From NCBI RefSeq assembly GCF_009914755.1, contig NC_060942.1: 64,000 nt of DNA. One strand, given 5' to 3'. Positions 57,278-64,000 of the stretch are shown one piece after another; the stretch's first letter is position 1; every line of letters begins with the position of its first letter. The position numbers and the translations under genes are program-made. The notes below the pieces were generated by a model. That model was not told the origin of the DNA. It did no database searches and saw only the letters and a program-made list of their open reading frames with translations. The stretch is from the human T2T-CHM13v2.0 reference genome, Homo sapiens.

Positions 57278-57420
57278 CCTTGGGGAATTCAGTTAATCTC
57301 CTTGAGTTTGGTTCTCACATTTGCAAAGTAAGGATTAAAAATATCTTGCCTATCTCTCCGAGGCATTGAGAGGATCAGGTTTCATAATATCTGTGAAATG
57401 GCTTTCTAAAATGTATAACA
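57278..57420 (+). mobile_element. MIR/MIR3 fragment
   Basis: ccttgggg..agttaatctc..ttctcacatttgcaaagt..gagaggatca. Confidence 0.55.
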
Positions 57421-59557
57421 ATCTTTAAATCATAATTCTTCTTAAAACTATTATCATAAAACTCCATTCCATGTCCACTGGTACTTCTTAAAGGAAACTG
57501 TGTCTTTTGTTTTTTAACACAAATTATAAGGTCAGTTTTACCTTTGCGTTCAGTGGTAACTGAAGCAGCTTCTCCCCCAGAGTCTGCAAAGTCAAAGCAC
57601 AGCATAAGGCACTGCAAGTACAGGTCTGAAACCCGAATAAAGATCAGGGAACTACAGAGAGTCTAGTTCAAGCTAAAACTGCCTCTTGTTCACTTTCTCT
57701 GGGGAGAAAAAGAAAAAAAAAAAAAAAAAGAAAAAGGAACAAGAAAAGACACCGCTGCCTAGAATGGAAGTCTTGATATAATAATGTCTGAGTCTGGCTC
57801 TTTGAAAGGAGTTTAATCACTGCTAACTTAAGGAAGGGGAAGGAGGAGGGCCTGTCACCTCAGTCCCTGAAAAGAGAGGTCAAAAATCTGCTTCTGCTTT
57901 TTGCGACAATTAGTCCCAGTGAATGCTCCCTGCAAGATATTCTGAGGATGGAAAGGTCTTTATACAGAATAAAAAAATTGTTCTTATTGTTACACCTATG
58001 TCTTCCAAGCAGAGAGCACATCTGCACATCTGTTACAGTGTACAATGTTGGTATGGCTAGAGAATACATGTACAAAAGGAGAAGATACAATAATCTTAGT
58101 GTCTGGTTACAGAGGCAATGTATTTGGATGTTTGCTTGGCATTTTAGAAATATTTCCATGGTATCATTGTCATAAAGCCTGAATTAAATACCATGGTTCA
58201 CCTGAAATTTGGGGCCCAGAGTGAACTAAAATAAAAACATGAATCCAGTAACTCAAATGTTTCTTCTCCAGCAGATATAGAATTAGGAACAATGATTTGG
58301 CTTGGGAAAAATAAGAACCTATCAACCTTCCTCAGCATACAACAAATCAAAGCAAGTAGTTTACTTCCTTTTTTTTTTTACTTCTTGTGAACTCCAAGCA
58401 AAAGCAAGGAAAGGATGAATTGTTTGGTTTTGGGTGGTTTCACACTTCCAAATCCTCAATGATGTACCACATCTTAATGCAATCATTCAGTGTCACTAAA
58501 CAATACAGAGCTCTGCTGTGTGTGAAAATGTGACGAGGAAAGGCACCTGTAGCAGTAATGCAGTCAGTAAAGTCACATAGTTTAGTATTACAAAGATGTG
58601 GGAGACAACATGTTTATGTCTTTTTACTTTTTATATCAGAAAAAATGAGAACCAGTAAAACCTAATGTTGTACAAGGTTACAAAACTGACTAATGTTGAA
58701 ATTGGGATGAGAACCTGTTTCCTAATTTCTAGATCTGTGAAATTTCCTACTTGTATTATCACTTCCCTATTTTTCCTCAGGAATAGTTCTAAACGAATGC
58801 TTCCAGACAAGATTAACTCATTGCTCTATAAATATATAATATTCATCTACAAGAATATAACTATTGTGGGAGTTTATTTTTCATACTTTGCTTACGTTGA
58901 TAGGTCCAGAACGGAGAGTGAAACACTGATTTGATGCTTTCAAAAACATTTTAATGCTAAAGTTCCCCTTCTGAATTAGAGAAGATAGCCTTGAAATTCT
59001 ACAAACCTGCCAGTAACAGTGACTCTGCTCTGTGCTGTTTTTTCTACATACTCACTCATGATATTGTTTTATTAAAAAGCTGATAAAAACACATAAAAAG
59101 AAAAATCATCATAAGGTGGAGTTACAAAACCAAATAATGCTTGATGCTGTAGTATGATAGGATTAGAAGAAAAATATAAAAACTAAAATGAACACCAACT
59201 ATATGTGCCCAATCATTAAAATTAATTTTAAAAAATTCAACCCATGAATAAGAATAATACATTTTTCCATAGATAGAGGCAAAGAAACAAACACAATTAC
59301 AATTACTTGTGTATATTATTGTTATTAAACCTTTTGAGTTCTCATTTTCAGGGATAAACATTCTAAAATACTGAAAAGGAAGGAAAAAGAGAATGAAAGA
59401 CAAGTATTTGTGTAACTGCAAATATTCAAATTTCAACAAGCTTTCAAATATTCTTTACTTAAATGAAAATCCATCCAGTAGGGAAATACAGCATTTGTTT
59501 AAAATTTTATTGTAATATAAAAGTATCCTGAATTGCTCAGATACAGGGATACACAAC

Positions 59558-60034
59558 TATAGTAGACTGAATAGTGTCTCTTCACCCAACCCTTGAAAAC
59601 ATGTTATTCATATCCTAATCCCTAGAACTTGTGAATGCTACCTTATTTAGAAAAAGAAAATGTGCAGATGTGATTAAGAATTTTGAGATGGAGAGATTAC
59701 TCTAGGTTGTAGGGATGGGTCCAATATGCAATAATAAGAGTCCTTACAAGAGGAAGGCAGGGGGAAATTTGACTATGGAAGAGAAGAAAACAATGCAACC
59801 ATAAAAGTAGAGACTGCAGGAATATGGCCAAGAACCAAGCAATGCTGGCAGCCACCAGAGGTTGAGAGAAGTTCAGAGCTTCCAGAAGGAACCAGCCTTA
59901 TTGACACCTTGATTTTCACATTGTAAGACCCTTTTCAGTCATCTGGCCTCTACAACTGCAAAAGAATAAATGTTAATTGGTTTAAGTTGCTAAGTTTATG
60001 GTAATTTGTTACACTAGCAATAGGAAACCAATAT
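59558..60034 (+). mobile_element. MaLR solo LTR, MLT1D-like
   Basis: tcctaatccctagaacttgtgaatg, gcagatgtgattaag, gacaccttgatttt, tggtaatttgttac..gcaataggaaac. Confidence 0.88.
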
Positions 60035-60168
60035 AACAGCAATAGATGAATTCATTAAGACAAACATTAGTGACACCTAATTTGAAAAGAAAAATTAAAC
60101 AATGTCCTTACATGGGAACTTTGGAGGAGGACATGTGTTTGAAAAGATTATTATCTGAATATGATCAT

Positions 60169-62445
60169 TGTATTAGTCCGTTTTCATGCTGCTGATAAAG
60201 ACATACCCGAGACTGGGTAATTTATACAAGAAAAAAGGTTTAATGGACTTATGGTTCCACATGGCTGGGGAAACCTCACAATTATGGCAGAAGGCAAGGA
60301 GGAGCAAGTCACCTCTTAAGTGGATGGCAGCAAGTAAAGAAAGAGCTTGTATTGGGAAAGTCCCCCTTCTGGAACAGACAGACCTCATGAGACTTACTCA
60401 CTATCACAAAAACAGCACAGGAAAGGCCTACCCCATAACTCAATTACCTCTCACCAGGTCCCTCCCATAACACATGGGAATCCAAGATGAGATTTGAGTG
60501 GGGACACAGCTAAAACATATTCCACCTCTGGCCCCTCCCAAATCTCTTGTCCTCTCATTTCAAAACCAATCATACCTTCCCAACAGTCCCCTAAAGTCTT
60601 AATTCATTTCAGTATTAACTCAAAAATCCATAGCTCAAAGTCTCAACTGAGCCCAGGCAAGTCCCTTCTTCCTATGGACTTGTAAAATCAAAAAAAGTTA
60701 GTTACTTCCTAGATATGACAGGAGTATAGGCATTGGGTATATACAGCCATTCCAAACGGGAAAAACTGGCCAAAACAAAGGGGCTACAGGCCCCATGCAA
60801 GTCGGAAATCCAGCAGGGCAGTCAAATCTTAAAACTCCAAAATGATCTCCTTTGACTTCATGTCTCATATCCAGGTCATGCTGATACAAGAGGTAGCCTC
60901 CCATGGCTTTGGGTAGCTCCACACCTGTGGCTTTGCAGGGTATAGCCCCACTCCTGGCTGCTTTCTTGGGCTGGCATTGAGTATCTGTGACTTTTTCAGG
61001 CACATGGTGCAAGCTGTCAGGGGATCTACCATTCTGGGGTCTGGAGTATGGTGACCCTCTTCTCATAGATCCACTAGGCAGTGCCTAGGACTCTGTGTGG
61101 GGGCTCTGACCCCACATTTCCCTTCCACACTGCCCTAGCAGAGGCTTTCCATGAGGGCCCTGCCCCTGCAGCAAACATCTGCCTGGACATCCAGGCATTT
61201 CCACGCATCCTCTGAAATCTAGGCAGAAGTTCCCAAATCTCAATTCTTGACTTCTGTGTACCCACAGGCTCAATACCACATGGATGCTGCCAAGCCTTGG
61301 GGCTTCCACCCTCTGTAGCAACAGCCTGAGCTGTACCTTTGTCCCTTTCAGCCATGGCTCGAGCGGCTGACACAAAAGGTGCCAAGTCCCTAGAATGCAA
61401 ACAGCAGGAGGTCCCTGGGCCTAGCAAATGAAACCATTGTTTCCTCCTAAGTCTCCAGGCCTGTGATGAGAAGGGCTGCTGCAAAGGTCTCTGACATGCC
61501 CTGGAGACATTTCCCCCATTGTCTTGGGGACTAACATTCGGTTCCTCATTACTTATGCAAATTTCGGCAGCTGGTTTGAATTTCTCCCCAGAGAAAGGGA
61601 TTTTCTTTTTTATCACATTGTCAGGCTGTAAATTCTCCAAACTTTATGCTCTATTTCCTTTTTAAAACTGAATGTCTTTCACAGCATCCAAGTCACCTTT
61701 TGAATGCTTTGCTGCTTAGAAATTTCTTCTGCCAGATACCCTAAGTCATCCTCTCTCAAGTTCAAAGTTCCACAAATCTCTAGTGCAGGGGCAAGATACC
61801 TCCAGTGTCTGCTAAAACATAACAAGAATCAGCTTTGCTCCAGTTCCCAACAAGTTCCTTTTCTCCATCTGAGACCACCTTAGTCTGGATTTCATTGTCC
61901 ATATCACTGTCAGCATTTTGTTCAAAGCCATTCAACAAGTCTCTAGGAAGTTCCAAACTTTGTCACATTTTCCTGTCTTTTTCTGAACCCTTGAAACTGC
62001 CCCAACCTCTGCCTGTTATCCAGTTCCAAAGTTGCTTCCATATTTTTGGTATCTTTTCAGCAGTTCCCCACTCTACTGGTACCAATTTACTGTATTAGTC
62101 TGTCTTTATGTAGCTGATAAAGACATACCATAGACTGGGTAATTTATACAGGAAAAAAGGTTTAAAGGACTTACAGTTCCATGTGGATGGGGAAGTCTCA
62201 CAATCATGGTAGAAGGTAAAGAGGAGCAAGTCATGTCTTACATGGCTGGCAGCAAGCAAAGAGAGAGCTTGTGCAGAGAAATGGCCCCTTATAGAACCAT
62301 CAGAGATCATGAGGCTTATCCACTATTACAAGAACAGCATAGGAAAGACCTGCTCCCATGATTCAATTACCTCCTGCCAAGTCCCTACCACAACCTGTGG
62401 GAATTCAAAATGAGATTTGAGTGGGGACACAGCAAAACCATTTAA
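60169..62445 (-). mobile_element. Complete THE1B MaLR provirus (LTR 60169-60520, internal 60521-62090, LTR 62091-62445)
   Basis: Two direct THE1B LTRs around about 1.57 kb of THE1-int; minus-strand ORFs (ENLQPDNVIKKKIPFSGEKFKPAAEICIS) are typical THE1-int remnants. Confidence 0.95.
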
Positions 62446-62479
62446 AAACCATCTTGTTTTTCTATGATTTAATTCATTA

Positions 62480-62730
62480 GAAATAGGGAAGAATAAATTG
62501 TGGGACTCTGTTACACAATAAGGTAACTATAACTAATAATGTATTTTATATTGCAAAATAGCTAGAAGAAAGGATTTTAAATGTCCTCATCACAAAGATA
62601 TGATAAATATTAAAGTGATGGATGTGCTACTTACCCTGATCTGATCATTATACAAGGTATATAAGTATTGAAAATTCACACTGTAACCCATAAATATGTA
62701 TGATTATAGTGTATTAATTATAAATAAAGC
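62480..62730 (+). mobile_element. L1MA5-7-like 3' end fragment
   Basis: caaaatagctagaagaaaggatttt, gtgatggatgtgct..taccctgatctgatcatt. Confidence 0.8.
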
Positions 62731-63482
62731 TTAAAAATATGTCATCCAGCTTGTGTTAGGCTTCTTGTTTCTAAGTAGAATTTAGTCCCAACTTCAATAG
62801 CTTTCATTTAAGCTATTTTTTTTCTTCCTAATATTCTCTCTATATCCTGCTTTCCTGTAAAATATATTATGGCACTCATTTAAAATTAAGCCACAACTTA
62901 AAATTATGTATTGTACTAGGTTTGCACATGGACATTTTTAGGGTTATAATATGAGGGCCTAACAGACCACACTATCATGAAAAGTCTTACCAGGCTTGGA
63001 AGAGAAGAAAAATGAAGCAAGTGAGATCCCCCAAGCACTTGCTCTCACATCTGCCCCTGAAACATCATTTCTATCTATTTACATGGCATTTCCACCTGGT
63101 GATGAAAGTCAAATGCTGCCCAAGATGAGAAAATCTCTAGGGAGCAGTAATGTGAATTGGAAAAAAGGTGAAGCTATTTACAAGAATACAAATGTGAAGT
63201 TACCTGCTCATTTAATTTTATAGACTCATTCAAAAATAGCCCTTGAAAAAAGAACAGGAGATTAAATCAAAAGAAAGGTTTTATGGACTTAATTAGGCAA
63301 AGTATAAAATTTGAAAGCTAAAAATCTGGAAGTGAATTCAAGCTTCACCAGTCTTTTACTTCCCTTATTTATGTATTGTGGCAGATATACACAAAACTGT
63401 ACTCCAACAAGTCAAGTCATTGTATTATAACCATGCTTGAGGGTGGATGGAGTCAGTGACATGCTTCGGGTCAACAGAATAT

Positions 63483-64000
63483 TGGCATACCTCAGAGAAA
63501 TTGCAATAGTTCTAGACTACTGCAATAAAGAAAATATTGCAATAAAGAGAGTCACAGAATCTTTTTTGGTTTCCCAGTGCATATAAAAATTATCACTACA
63601 TTTACAATATACTGTAGTATATTAAGTGTGCAATAGCATGATGTCTCTGTCTCTCTATATATATACCCTGTATATAGAGAGTTATGTACATCATATATAT
63701 AACAATAAAGTATTTTTAAATTAAGTTGTATATATATATAGACATATATATGAGTATTTTAAGCTATATGTGAGTATTTTTAAATTAAGGTGTATATATA
63801 TACAGATATCTATAGACATATCTCTACATATATGTCTATATATACACACATGCACAAAGATTAATAAAAATACTTGATATGTATATATAGGATATATATG
63901 AAGTATATATATGATGTATATGTCTCTTTATATACAGTTATGTATAGTAGGTTTCATCTCAATAAACCACCTTTTTTGCTCACGTATAGGAAATAACTCC
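63483..64000 (-). mobile_element. Tigger1 terminal fragment interrupted by a TA-rich tract
   Basis: TIR-like ggcatacctcagaga, ttttttggtttcccagtgcatataaaa, ttaagtgtgcaatagcat; resumes at catctcaataaaccac. Confidence 0.85.
63645..63945. repeat. (TA)n-rich low-complexity tract with an internal duplication
   Basis: agtatttttaaattaag(t/g)tgtatatatata occurs at about 63709 and about 63774. Confidence 0.85.

Noticed and set aside
57706-57748. Orphan A-rich tract as a retrocopy tail (also 2919-2935 and 28672-28684)
   Set aside because: No properly spaced polyA signal, TSD or recognisable upstream body.

Overview
AT-rich, gene-poor hominoid (very probably human) genomic DNA, either intergenic or deep intronic. 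Recognisable interspersed repeats cover roughly half of it: Alu/FLAM, young and old L1, L2, MIR, MaLR and ERV LTRs (including one complete THE1B provirus), and Tigger/MER/MADE1 DNA transposons. I find no credible cellular protein-coding exon. The long ORFs are L1 ORF2 remnants, Alu or MaLR read-throughs, or chance ORFs in AT-rich DNA. I do not see evidence for a new biological system. The most interesting signals are unusual retrotransposition and repair fossils: (1) a 5'-inverted, twin-priming-type AluY; (2) a 37-nt U2 snRNA retrocopy, a young L1 and an Alu all inserted within about 110 bp of one old L1; (3) a young L1 truncated almost exactly at the position homologous to its insertion site in that old L1; (4) a polyadenylated ERV LTR retrocopy; (5) two young L1s sharing the same zinc-knuckle His-to-Asn change; and (6) an unexplained diverged direct repeat near the window start. 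Repeat subfamily names come from recalled consensus features, not from an alignment, and boundaries of old repeats are approximate.
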